A stretch of 64,000 nucleotides of DNA from Cirrosporium novae-zelandiae (lineage: Eukaryota): assembly GCA_026023565.1 (NCBI GenBank), contig JAPETS010000002.1:992001-1056000 (forward strand), in the 5' to 3' direction. Position 1 is the first letter of the stretch; each line of letters begins with the position of its first letter. This document shows positions 11,183 through 24,584 of the stretch, piece by piece. A program made the translations under genes and the position numbers. The notes under the pieces were generated by a model, which did no database searches, was not told where the DNA came from, and saw only the letters and a list, made by a program, of their open reading frames with translations.

Positions 11183-12445
11183 ATGGTTCTACACAACCCG
11201 AATAACTGGCATTGGGTCAGCAAAGACGCCTCTGGTTGGGCCAAGAATTATCTGAAAGAGAAGCTTGTGGATATATCGGTGGAGGAGGGGGATGTCTCGG
11301 CAAAAATTACGGATGTCACAGACATGACTGGAGACGTGGATGTTAGCCAGAGGAAAGGGAAGGTTATTACGCTATTTGATCTCAAGCTTACTTTAGAATA
11401 TACAGGTAGGCATCTAATTACTATTATCGTTATCATTATTATTATTTTTAGTATTTTAGATTTGAGCCGTGGAGACAATCAATACTAATGAGGTAATGAC
11501 TATATAGGCAAGACAAAGGACAATGAAGATGTTTCAGGCTCAATCACCATCCCCGAAGTTGCCCATGACACCGAGGAAGACGAGTATGTCGTACGTTCCC
11601 TTTTAACCATGTTCCCTCCTACCACAACTTTCCATGCATTACCACTAACCTCGATCTTCTCCAGTTTAATGTAGACATTTTCTCCGACTCTTCCTCGAAA
11701 CAGCCGGTCAAAGATCTAATCCGCAAATCCCTCACCCCCAAACTCCGCATCGCCCTCGCGACCCTCACCCCAGCCCTCGTCGCGGAGCACGGCAAAGATC
11801 TCCAGCATCCCGTCGGCTCCAACCCCTCCTCGGGCTTCCATACTCCAACGTACTATTCCCAAGGCCAACAACAACCATCATCAGCCGCAAATTCCTCAAC
11901 CCACACCTTCAACACTGGAAAAGGTCCCCTCGTCAACACGACAACCCTAAACCTAACGGCCGAATTCCGCACCGACGCCGCCAGCATCTACGAAACCTTC
12001 ACAAACCCCCAACGCCTCGCAGCCTTCACACGCGCACCCCCCAAAACATTTACGGGCGCCACTCCCGGTGGTAAATTCGCCCTCTTCGATGGAAACGTCG
12101 AGGGTAGTTTCGTCTCTCTCAACCCGCCCACACAGCTCACCCAGACCTGGCGGCTGCGCCAATGGCCCGAAGGACACTTTTCTAAAATGGAAATCTCCTT
12201 TGATCAGAACGATGCCGATCATGTGACGGTGATGCGGGTTAAATGGGAGGGCGTACCGGTCGGGCAGGAGGAGGTAGCGGAGAGGAACTGGGAGGAGTAC
12301 TATGTCAGGAGTATCAAGACCACTTTTGGGTAAGTCATGCATCTCCACCTCTTTTGTCAGCTTTTTTTTTACCCGGCTGTGGGACTAAACGAACAAACGA
12401 CTAACCAAAAACCCCCCAACTCCTAGTTACGGAACCGTTCTATGA
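11183..12445 (+). CDS. AHA1: Hsp90 co-chaperone, activator of Hsp90 ATPase, 4 coding exons
   Basis: N-terminus MVLHNPNNWHWV and motif DVSQRKGKVITLFD. Exons 11183-11405, 11508-11590, 11665-12329 and 12427-12445, ending YYVRSIKTTFGYGTVL*. Confidence 0.96.
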
Positions 12446-13688
12446 TCAAAACCCATAGACACAAACACCACAAACCCAAAGCCAAAGAAAACAAGAAACA
12501 ATCATAAAAAAAAGAAACACGAAAAAAATAATGACACATAAACAAATGCCCCCCCTACCCCTGAACATTTCAAGGCACGAAACGAATTTAGAAACGAAAA
12601 CGAGAAACAAATATTGAGAGAAAACGGGAACCAAGAATCATGACCGGGGCTGGGGTTACTACTACTATAGATAGATTAGATCAAACAAGCAAGTAAAGCG
12701 AGTAGGTGGGTGGGTTAGGTGGTTGTAGCAAGGCAAGCATGCAAGCGAGCGAGTGATTGGGTGCATGCATGCATACATATACTCGAGTATGCATGATCAT
12801 GTTCATATCCATTTAGCAATTAGCCGTTAGCTTGAACGAAGAATGCAAAATAGAAATAAGGAATGGAGAATTCAACATGGAATATGATATTGATGTTGGT
12901 ATGGCATATGTAGAGTATAGAGTAGTTAGTATTGGTTAGTGGTTCTATACCCCCCAACGATGCTTTACTCCACTCTGTCATGAGCAAGAGGGATGTGGAT
13001 GTTGGATGTTGGATTAAACCCAATCAAACCAACCCCTCCCCCCCTCCAAAAAAATAAAATAAATATCAGATGAATAATCTTACATACTCTCACTCTACCC
13101 CTACTTTTGTCTTGAGTATTAAGCAAGAAGAAGAGAGGAGAGGGATGTGAAATAAAGTAAAATAAACATTAGATGAATAACCACACACCTACACAACCAT
13201 ACCCACAATCGCACAGCACAAAATATAGAAAAATTAATTAAGTGATATAAGATATAAGATATAAAAACCTATATAAAAAAGTTCTGTCTGTCCTTAAAAG
13301 AGAAGGGTTCCAATTTATCCATTCAATTCATCCATTCGTTCATTCATTTATTCTTGCGTGCTTGCTAGCTTGGTTTCCCATGGTTGGGCGTTTCGTGCGT
13401 AATCGGGTATAGAGTATATAGAGTATATAAAGTAGTGAGGTTGGGAAGTTTAGGAAGTAGGGAAAGTATCTGTACAAGAGAAGTTCAAGGAGGGGATATA
13501 AATATATGATACACGCACGGTGCGGTGTTGGGAGAGTAGATGAAGAAAAGAAAAAGGAAATGAAAAGAGAGATATAGGAAATATAAACAGTGGCTATCCA
13601 ATCTCATTCCATTCCATCCTTGTTAGTCTCGTTTTCGTTCTTCTTTCCATCCATTTCCTTTCCTTCACCCAGACCAAACCCAAACCCC

Positions 13689-15494
13689 TCACCACCCCTC
13701 CCCCCACATCTCGCCCTCCTCAGGAACCAAATCCTCCTTTCCCAACGCCCTCCTCCCACTCCCCAGCCCGCCATTAATCATCCGACTCTCCTTCTCTAGC
13801 ATCTTCCTCTCCTTCCTACCCACCAGCCTACCCGGCGTGATGGGGGTGATCGGCGTGCGCGGCATATACGGACTATACGGGGTGGCGGGAACACCACCCG
13901 TGCGGGGGGTTCTAGCCGACGGATGCAGACTGATTCTGCGTTCAAGGATTGTGGTTTGGATTGTGTGGTTGTGGGAGTGGTTGTAGGTTGTTTGGGAGGC
14001 GGGGGCTGAGGAGGGTGGTTGGAAGCGTGGGGAGCGGAGTGGGAGGGAGGTTCGTGTGTGAGTTGGGGCGATGGTGAAGGTGGGGGCCATTGGGGAACGT
14101 GCCGGGCGGTTTGGTGAGGGGAACGCTGGGGCCATGGGCGAGGGGTAGAAGGATGGCGTTTGTGGTGAGGTGGAGATGGCTGTTGGAGGTGGGTTTGTGG
14201 GTGAGCGTTGAGTGGTCGTTGTTGGGTAAGCACCTGGACGGAGGTCTTGGAGTGGGAGAGGCGGTGGTGGTGGAGCTTTCTGTTGGGATTTTTTGGTTGT
14301 GAGGGTTGGTAAGCGGAGGCGTGGAGATAGTGGAGATAGTGGTGATCTTGGAGATTTGGTCGTAGGTGATTTGGCTGTTGGTGATTTGGGTGATCGTGGA
14401 GAAGCTGGAAGGCCGTGAACTTGTGGTGGTTTTCGGTCTTCTGGTGGTATTGGTGGTGGGCCTGGGTTATAGGTTCGTGGGGAGAGTGGCTCCGTGTCCG
14501 AGTTACGATTTGGGAGTCCGAGATCGGGAGATCCAATCGGCTGAGAGATCGGTAGATTGCGGACGCTGCTGCTGCGGCGGCGCGTATGGTTGCGTGAGGA
14601 GTTTGTCGAGACCGAGTTGCGCGAGGGGTTGAGGAAGGAGAGAGGTGATGGTTTGGACATCCTACTGCGAGTAGATTCGCGAGATGGAGATGTCGGATAG
14701 ACCTCGCGAGTCGAGCTTGTGGCAGCTTTAGGCGAGGTTGGGGATACCGGAGATGAGTCCTTGGATGGTTGAGAACATAGATGAGCTAACTCTGGTGGTG
14801 GTGCGGTTTCTTTTGGTGATACAATTTCTTTGGGAGATTTTTGTGCTTCTTCTCCATTAACTATTCGAGCTTCTTGTTCATCTTCGTATTCGGCCACCGC
14901 CGCGTATAGACGATCCATTTCCCGTTGAGCTCGTACTCTGTCCTCCTCAATGACATTTTCGTCAAAGGTGCTTACACTCCCCATGGCTGATGAACCCTTT
15001 CTGTGGCCTTTCTTTAACGAGTCCCAGCTAAATGTGCTCTTTGCCTTATCTGGACTCGGGAAAAGAGGACTCCTATTGTTGGGGGTATATGCGCTGGTTG
15101 GAGTTCGCTCTGTTTCTGATCTAAGTGGTGATATTGGGCTTTGATCAAACGTCTTGGGTATAGGAGCTGCAGGAGGTTTCATCATTTCCATATCAAGACT
15201 TTGCAACGATGCTTCGGCTGCTCGACGCAAGCGACGACCAACGGTAAAGAGCAGTGCTAGGAGGAGAAAAACGCAGATGATATATGCACCAACAATGCAG
15301 CTTATCTGAATGGGAAGCAAGCCTTTATTCCTCGAAGCATTCGCAGAAAGCGGAGGACCGTCTTCTGGAGAGGGAGCAGGACCCCAATCAATGCCCAGTG
15401 GATTACTCGGTACAGCAGAGCAGAGAGGGACAATAGCAAGTAGGATTGCAATTGCGAAATGATGGAGCTTGGGTGGTAAGAAGGAAGTGGTCAT
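13689..15494 (-). CDS. Fungal single-pass membrane protein with Pro/Ser-rich cytoplasmic tail (unknown function)
   Basis: 601-aa intronless ORF: signal-like N-terminus, short ectodomain (PLGIDWGPAPSPEDGPP), one TM helix followed by GRRLRR, then a long SP/TP-rich tail. Confidence 0.8.
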   Translation of the reverse strand: MTTSFLPPKLHHFAIAILLAIVPLCSAVPSNPLGIDWGPAPSPEDGPPLSANASRNKGLLPIQISCIVGAYIICVFLLLALLFTVGRRLRRAAEASLQSLDMEMMKPPAAPIPKTFDQSPISPLRSETERTPTSAYTPNNRSPLFPSPDKAKSTFSWDSLKKGHRKGSSAMGSVSTFDENVIEEDRVRAQREMDRLYAAVAEYEDEQEARIVNGEEAQKSPKEIVSPKETAPPPELAHLCSQPSKDSSPVSPTSPKAATSSTREVYPTSPSRESTRSRMSKPSPLSFLNPSRNSVSTNSSRNHTRRRSSSVRNLPISQPIGSPDLGLPNRNSDTEPLSPRTYNPGPPPIPPEDRKPPQVHGLPASPRSPKSPTAKSPTTKSPRSPLSPLSPRLRLPTLTTKKSQQKAPPPPPLPLQDLRPGAYPTTTTQRSPTNPPPTAISTSPQTPSFYPSPMAPAFPSPNRPARSPMAPTFTIAPTHTRTSLPLRSPRFQPPSSAPASQTTYNHSHNHTIQTTILERRISLHPSARTPRTGGVPATPYSPYMPRTPITPITPGRLVGRKERKMLEKESRMINGGLGSGRRALGKEDLVPEEGEMWGEGW

Positions 15495-16522
15495 TATCAG
15501 TCATGGGATTTATATATATGAGTTACAACGAGGCATGAAGAAATGTAGATTATGTGGCCACACCCGAAACATGAATTGAGTGAATTGGGAGCTTCTCCTC
15601 CTCTTTCTGTTGCAGGAAGGGGTGCACAAGCAGTAATGATAAATGCCCGTTCCCGGCGGTAGTGGGCCTTTGAATGGCCATGGTGATAGGGATGTGATGG
15701 GATGATCCATTTGACAAAAACCAAGAAAAGTAAGTAATTACAGACAGGTGGTGGATGAGTGGTGGATGATTGGAGGAGAAGTGGAGGATAGACAATTAGA
15801 CTGGGGGGGGATTGTGGTGATGATTTGGGAGCATTGAAGAATGATTGGTTTATTTGGATGTGAACAAATCCAGGCACATACATCACCGGATCTTCGGGGC
15901 GCTACCAACCGCCCAGCAATTCTGCAAATCAACTTCCAAAGATAGACATGTCCATCTCCTCTAAGCGCCCAACTACCCATAATTATATCTCTACTTCAGG
16001 TCCTTCAACAAACTTCATTGCTCAATCCCATCATCTCAAAAACTATCACCTCTACTGCAAGCCAAATAATGTGATCCATCAACCTCTTCGACACCATCTT
16101 TCCTCCTGGATAGCCCAAAACGTTAACAAACTTCGTGATAGGAATCCAATCCTTTTTTTTTATCTGTTGATTAGTTCAACTCTGAGTTCATCTTTCGTCT
16201 CTTTATCTATCACCTTTTCCCCTTATTTTCCTTTGCTTTTTTACCTATATTTCTCTTATTGGCTGTTGCGCGGTAACATTTTACGAAAGAGTAAATCGAC
16301 TTATATTTCTCCTATCAAGTACCATTGAAAATAACCACCCTTAGATACTTAGGTACTCTCGCTACTGTCCTCCAACTCCTCTTCAGCATTCCCTTCCTCG
16401 CTGGTCGATTGTAGTGTTGGCCCCAAATACCGTAAATTTTGTATGAATTGTCTCGTAATTATACGTATTCATTCGTGTATCTATTACAATCGGGTACGCC
16501 AAACATACGCGGAACTTCAGAA

Positions 16523-16586
16523 CTCCAATAAACCGACCAATATAAATATCCACGTGATAAAAGTCACCTGATCATATATCACGTGG
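16523..16586. promoter_or_regulatory. Cluster of two CCAAT boxes and two inverted CACGTG E-boxes flanking a CACCTG
   Basis: CCACGTGATA 16550-16559 and TATCACGTGG 16577-16586 are exact reverse complements. CCAAT at about 16525 and 16537. Confidence 0.45.
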
Positions 16587-16729
16587 TATCCTGCCTAAAG
16601 CGAAACATTTCATATATTAGACTAGATTATAATTGGTTCAGAGATATGATATAATTATATATTAAAAATATCAAAATATATATACCCGTATCTATTATTT
16701 TTCCGTATATACGGGCATACACGTATGTA

Positions 16730-17404
16730 TTAAAAATATACCATATTGTACACACTAGGATATCGCATCCTCTCCCAAGTGGCTTTACACCAAAACACCC
16801 ACTTCCCAATAATCCTATACCCCTCAACCCAAACCCACCCAACAACCCCTAGAACCGCCAAGACTCCCGCCAGACTTACTAACACCGCTTCCCCTAGCAT
16901 CCACCCCATCATCCTCATACCATCATTCCTCACAACTTCTTCCCTAAGCCCCCATGTATAATTTGCAAGCTGCAATGCCGCAAGACTAATCGGTTGGACC
17001 GTTACCACCCCAAATGAAACCCACAAGCATATCACGTATTCAGATATGAGCAAGCCCCCCTGCGATTGCGTTTCCTGTTCGTTGTCGTTATTGTGGCAGT
17101 ATGTGATATTCTCGATTGCTAGCACCTGAATCATAGCAACCACCAGAGCTATAATTAACCAGGTCAGCGTCAGGGCTAGTCTTCTGATGGAGAAAAAGCG
17201 AAGACTGTGGGGGAAAATATATTCCTGTATGTATCCGAATGTCGCATGTTCCTCGAGTGGGGTGTGGAGAACCCAGATGATACCAAGGTAGAGGGGGAGG
17301 ATCAGAAAGAACGCTAGGGTGTAGAAGAGGCTGATGGTATGTTTCCAACTTAAGGTGTGGAGGAAGAGCGAGAACGTTTGGCACTGGCTAGAGGGTGTAG
17401 ACAT
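16730..17404 (-). CDS. Hypothetical multi-pass membrane protein
   Basis: ORF with about 4 hydrophobic segments; first ATG at 17404 (MSTPSSQ). No family recognised. Confidence 0.5.
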   Translation of the reverse strand: MSTPSSQCQTFSLFLHTLSWKHTISLFYTLAFFLILPLYLGIIWVLHTPLEEHATFGYIQEYIFPHSLRFFSIRRLALTLTWLIIALVVAMIQVLAIENITYCHNNDNEQETQSQGGLLISEYVICLWVSFGVVTVQPISLAALQLANYTWGLREEVVRNDGMRMMGWMLGEAVLVSLAGVLAVLGVVGWVWVEGYRIIGKWVFWCKATWERMRYPSVYNMVYF

Positions 17405-18105
17405 CTTGGTGGCAGTGGAGTAGTGTAGTGGCAATGGTATAAAAACCTCGCAAGGGACGGTAAGAGCAATAAAGATTTAGAGTCTGAGAGCGTGATGGGA
17501 TGAACCTTGAAAGACAGATGTTTCGTTATTCTATCCTTGATGGGTGTAAACTAACGTAAACAACAGCCTCCACGATTCTTAATCGGTTCACGTTCAATAG
17601 TGTTTCGCGTGTTCGTTGCGTCCTGGAAACCATGGTGTCTCGGTGGAAACATCTCTGCTGCTACCTACGACTTTACTCCGAGACATAAACAACTCCCAAA
17701 CCATCGGAAATGTTCTCCCCGTGTACGGCGTAAGTATTTGGGTAAGCAGATGCGGAAATTAAAATAGAAGCAGTTTTATGGTATGATATCAATTGCTTTG
17801 GATATATATATGTATGTATATATTAGTATCGATAAAAAGAATCATACATATACTACTCTGCCAGCAAACAAGAATACTTCAGATTCAGCACCCCAACGAT
17901 CTTTTCAGACACCCAAACCAAATCCGAAGACACTAGCTGCGGCTTAATAGCAGATTAATTATTCGAATTAATCGTATATATCCATAACAACACGGATTAT
18001 GCCACAGCACCATTGATCGTCGATCCACCCACTATGCGTTCACTGTTTCTCGGTTACGGGAAACTACGGCACGCAAGCAATGGCTCGCCCACTCAGTACA
18101 TCCAT

Positions 18106-18454
18106 CTAAACAGAAACGCCAAAGAGGTCTGCAATGGCAGGGAGGAGCTGTTGGAGGGGTTAATCAAGTTGTATCCCAATTAGGATGGTAAAAGCTTACG
18201 GCGTTTGCAGTGGTAATGAGAGTCTGGGTCTCGTTGACAAAGGTTGGGGTCAATAGGGCATTGGCCTCGGTGATGATGCTCTGGATCTCTGTGAGGGTGG
18301 TGCCAGAGAGAAGGTCCTGGAGAGCTTCGAGGGTCTCGGTGAAGCTGCTGAGACTGCTGAGCGTGATGGTTGTTGCGGGGACTGGTGCTGGGGATGCAGC
18401 AGCTAAGGCTGGCAGAGCCAGAAGAAGGGAGGTGGCAACGGTTGAGAAACGCAT
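18106..18454 (-). CDS. Small secreted Thr/Leu-rich protein (98 aa), 2 exons
   Basis: Signal peptide MRFSTVATSLLLALPALAAA. Intron 18199-18148 (GTAAGC..CAG); exon 2 encodes LLPAIADLFGVSV*. TATA-like element (ATATAAATA on the - strand) near 18570-18580. Confidence 0.8.
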
Positions 18455-19688
18455 GTTGGTGGTTTTGGGTTGGTGGGTTGGGGTTTCAAATGCCTGGGTG
18501 TGTAATTGAATCGACTTGATCTGCGTGCTGTGCTGTGCTGTGACGGAGAGCAGTCACGGTCTTTGGAGGATATTTATATTCATGAAGATTATGGATGAAA
18601 GATGCTCATCGCTGATATTGATGGGGTCGGAAGTCTTTGTGCTCTGATCATCCCATTTCTTCCTTTATTGAGACCTAGATAGGCCTAGGTTTTCGGGCCA
18701 CCAAAGATTCATTGCTACCATCCATCAATATTTGAAGACTATAAACTATAAGATGAGAAGGTAATATGATAGAAAAGACGAAAATGGATGGACACATCAG
18801 GTGAAGGGTGGTGGGGTTATCCATCCTGCTCTAATCGATTCCGGAGTGAGACCCAGATTGGAAGTCCTTGGACAAGGTTAATGAGAGAATCCAAGTACAA
18901 TCACGCATTTGAAGTCTTGCAAACAGTTTTAATTATTATTTTGTTCAGTCTTCCCTGGATACAATATAGGGAAGCATTGCGAAGGGTTGATGATTTTAAA
19001 TAATCCAAATCAAAGCTCGGTCAAGGGTCAAGCTCTCAAACACATTGTAGGTTGTTAGTATGCTTGTTATATATGCAAGTCAAACTTCCAGCGGACACAA
19101 TGATCTAATGCCGTTGGTAAGGTACAGAAGCACAGAGGATGCTAGATTGAAGAGGGAAAAGCTCAAGGGGTAAGTAGAAGACGATGATTCTGACCTGAAC
19201 CAACAAAGAGGTCATGCACTCTGTCCCCACAAAACCTTCTCAAAATTTACCGCGGGATATAACCTTGAATAATGGGACCACCAACGTTAAAGTAAATCAT
19301 CCCATCAGTGGTCAATCCCCTCCGATGTCACATAATAATTTACCCGTGAGGATTCAAAGTAAAAGCTCGGTTCCTTTGTTGATTTACTAGGCCTGGGACT
19401 GAAAGATATTACAATCCTGTTCTTCCCTAGCAATCTAAATATCGATCGAGTTGGTAGGCCGCGGTTAGGAAAATATATTCTTGGGATACCTTAGCCAAGG
19501 TCCTTGGAATTGTAAATCATGGTAATCTAGCAATTGGGGTATCTAAACGTACGGATCATATGAAGCAAGCCCTTCGTCATCTTAATGATTTCCCAAACTC
19601 CAAAGGACTCAGGAACACCAGAATATCTGAATGTATTAAAACCAATACCAACCAACCAATCCAGCTGATTTATGCCCGCTTGACCTAT

Positions 19689-21861
19689 TCACTTCTTCCT
19701 ACCTTTTCCTTTTCTCTTCCCATGTGTAGGCGGATCTGGTACGGAGACGGTGCCTTCAACTACATCCTCTCCTTGATCCATTAGTTTATCCATTCCGCTG
19801 ATGAAGAAACTCAAGTCTCTGTTTTGTTCCTTGAGATCTTCTCTTTCAGTTTCGGCCGCTGCCTTCTCCTCCTCTATGCTTTTCACCTTGTCGTCTAGAA
19901 ATTTAATTCGTTCCATCAAATTTTCGTTCATGACGTTCTCCTCCCGCCATTTCTTCTCCATATTTCGGGCCATAACCTCGAACTTTTCAGCCCGTTTCTC
20001 GAAGCGAGTCCTATCCTTCTCGAGGGACGGTATGATTTCATTGGCTAGTTTATCGTACTGTTTTGTAAGATCGGCTAATCTGCTAGAAGACACTTCGGCA
20101 GCCTCGGAGGCCTTGGAGGCAGAAGCAGAGGCTTGCGATGCTTTGTCGGCCGCTCTCTCGAGAATTTCCTCAAAGTAGGCTCTCTGAGATTCAAGCTGCG
20201 AAGTTAAGAGATGCGTGTACTCGAGCCCTATGTTATCAAGTTTTTCACGAGGAACAAAATCATAGTCATCGGGCACTTCACGTTGATGGGGATCGTTGGC
20301 TGTAGCTGCTGGGAGTTCCATCATGTTGCCATCTGACTGATTCTGGAGGATTCGATGTACATAACCATCACTTGCATAGTCCCACACGCGCTGCGTCGAC
20401 ATGTCCATGGCAAAACAGTGTGATGTTTCACGATAATGCGCAAGGGCATGTGCAAGGTCATAACGCCCGCAGCCAACGTTTCCACAAATGAGACAGATCC
20501 AAAGACCGGAATCGGCATGGCAAATACTACACTCATTATCGATAAATGCATCTTTGTACTTGTATGAACGTTTGCTAAGACCATCTTGACCATACCGGCA
20601 GACAGGACAGCCGCTCCCTTTCCACTTCTGGAGACAAGTGCAATGGAATACATGTTGGCAGAGAATAGTTAGCAAGCCAGTAGTCTCGTCCATTCGTTCC
20701 AAGCAAACCGGGCATGTAGGAAGCTCAACGAGTGACGGTGTTGGAGGAGCAAGGGGTTTCGAGGACAGAGACGGTACGAGGGATGATGGTTGGCCTGTGC
20801 TGGGTTCGGTTGTAGCAACGGACGGCGTGAAAGGATCGTTTGTCATATCTGGAAAAGATGTGGAAGGGTTGGAGATGTCTGGTATCTGAAGCTCGATCGA
20901 TTTGACTAGAACAACATGACAAGTCTCTGGCTAATGAAGGTCAGAAATCGCAATCATTGGCATAAAATAGAAGGAAAAGACTCACCTCCATGCTATTGAA
21001 TACTTTCCCATTCCACTCTTTCCTCCATTCTCTTGCCTTTTTGGGACTGCGAAACTTCATGAGTACCATGTATCTATTTGTTCGAGCTGTTCTAATCATC
21101 CGGAAATGGCTGACTTCATCCCGGGTCTTCTCGCCGACAAACCCAAGAAAATCCGAAGGAGTCAAGTAGGATGGCACAGCAAGTATACATAATGTAGTGC
21201 AATCATCTTCTCTAAACGCAATCTCGTGGCTGGAGTCGCTCGACTGTAAACCGGGTTTATTGTAGTATGCATCCTTGCGATGGTGATCGTCGTAAAGCCC
21301 AGGAGTCTCCTCAGCGTCACGATACAGATGTATTATTCCCCAACCCCCGTCAACATCTTTCGATTCGAAAGGAACATATTTTCCCTTGGTGGCCGGACCA
21401 CCAGCAGCTACTCCAATATCTCTTGATACCTGGCCATGAGGATCCGCAGTATGATGACCGGGATTTTCTTTTGCGGGTACCATATCTATGTTATTAACAA
21501 TAATATTGTCAAGTCGTATGTCGCTAGGTTTAGATCTGCTATATGTTTCGTAGCGATTGCTTGATTGATCATGGTCTTGTCGAATTTCGTCATTCGCCCC
21601 GCTAGTTACTGCTTGGGATTTTGGCCGATATTGCAGAGGGATACCGGTAGCAGAGCTAGAACCAGCAGCGGAATGGGTAGATGGATGTGAAGTGACTCGA
21701 TGACTTCCAGTCTTTCGTGGTTTTCGAAATGGGGAAAGGGCTGCGATAAGATCTGAACTGGTATTGGAGGACAAGATGCCGCTATTCTCTGCGGGGCATC
21801 CGTCTGCCTGGTTGCGATTTGGAAATAGCTCAAATGCTAGATGATAGAAGTAGGAAGGCAT
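19689..21861 (-). CDS. ETP1: BRAP2/ETP1-type RING + UBP zinc-finger E3 ubiquitin ligase, 2 exons
   Basis: BRAP2 domain (TTLCILAVPSYLTPSDFLGFVG..NRYMVLMKF..FNSME|PETCHVV); intron 20985-20931; RING ELPTCPVCLERMD..CQHVFH..CPVCR; zf-UBP CLICGNVGCGRY; C-terminal coiled coil. Confidence 0.93.
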
Positions 21862-22299
21862 TGAGACAGCATATTTCAAGGCGAATTTGCGGATGGATAG
21901 CTTTGCAACCGTCGAGGTGATGCCTTTAAAGTTTGTTCATTGCGTACAGATGAGGAGAATGTACCAGGTTCATCTATGCAGGTACTCGGTTCTTCTGGAA
22001 GTGGCAATTCGCCGCCTCAAAATTCTCCAATATTAACACTCCTTACCTGGAGGCACCTCGATGCTTCTGCTGTCTAAGTTATTATGTGGTTAATAGTCTA
22101 CAATTACTCGGAAATCGACGGAAGCGGAAAATATGACAGATGCCAAAATGTCTTTATGCCTCCTTTATAGGCACATAAATTCATCAACTATTCATAATCT
22201 CCCCGTATGCTAGCTACATGTAGCGTTGTAATCCATAATCCATTTCCTTTGCGAGAACCCCAAGACGCCTGCTCAAAAATAACAAAGCAAGAACCCGCT

Positions 22300-23332
<1,033 letters not shown>

Positions 23333-24584
23333 GATTGCGGAGATATTTGTTTAATAGAGGAGGTATTTGAAGTTGGAATGAAGGATTGCTTAGACAGAGG
23401 TGAGGGAAGCTGATGCTCAAGGAGTTGGTGTGGAAGAATAGTTGAAAGAAGTAGGAGAAAGAGAGGTGAGAGGTTTAAGTAGATACCAGGAAGGCAGCAA
23501 TTAGTGGCGGGAGTGAACAGGCAAACAGGTAGGCATGACACAGCTGGCCAGGATTGATGCACTAAGAAGCAAAAGAAGCAACCGGAACATTCGGGCATTC
23601 AGCGAACCATCAACTTTGCCCCCCCCCAAAGGCCAAGGCTGAGCCACTTCTCGAACATGTCGGAAAATATAATGTTACCTTTTGTCATCTTCGTGATTAG
23701 TTTTTTATTAGAGGTTTACCAAGAGAAATTTCAAATTTTTCCTCCTGTGAATCGTGTCCTGTTGCCACAGTCCTGGCTAAGTAAGCGATACCTACACTTG
23801 GACATGGCAGTCGATGCCATGGTGGCTATCTTGCGGTCTACGGAGTATCTTTCATCACCGTCAAAAAGTCAATTCCTGGACCGGCATGGCGAGAGTTCTT
23901 GCGAAAGCGCAGCGTGATTACTTCTCCAACATCAGGTTAGCTGGGATAACGCGGTTAAGATATCTGATTGGAGACGGGACCCAGAGAGCCAACGCATGAC
24001 CTTCTACTATCTGATAAGAATGGCGTTTTATGGTCAACACTACGATAGGAAAATGGACGAAGAGGGGCAATCTAAAAAAAGATTGGAGAGGGATACCCAG
24101 AGGTTTTACGGCTAATTAATTGAATTCCATCGTTGCCTGTCCATTGCCTTTGATTTCGTTGCTAAATACCTAGGGAGGAGTTCCAACCTTCGGGAAATTC
24201 ACACTCTAGATGTACTATGTACAAGGAAGCAAAAGAGAAGGTATCAAACGTCGGTCAGCTGTAATCAAGACTTCAAACGCCAAAAGGCGCCGCCCAAGTG
24301 CTACCGTGATCTCATGATCGTCGACCGTTCAACATACATCAACATCATCGTTATAAATCATGTTATAAATCATGATCGGTTTTCTTCGTGCAACCGCTGC
24401 AATGCTTCAAAAGTCAAACTGTCGTAACTCATCGTGGGTCCGCATTCTGGATACCCGAGTCGGAGAAGGAGATAGACCCAAAGGAAATGAAAAATTCTGT
24501 ACAGATCTTATGCCAGATAAAGAAAGATCCAGTTGCAATATTTGAGGAAATTAAACAAAGGAAATTTTTCAAACGAAAAGTATG

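Noticed and set aside
13796..14536. 246-aa alternative-frame ORF inside the 601-aa gene
   Set aside because: Shadow frame of C-rich, low-complexity coding sequence.
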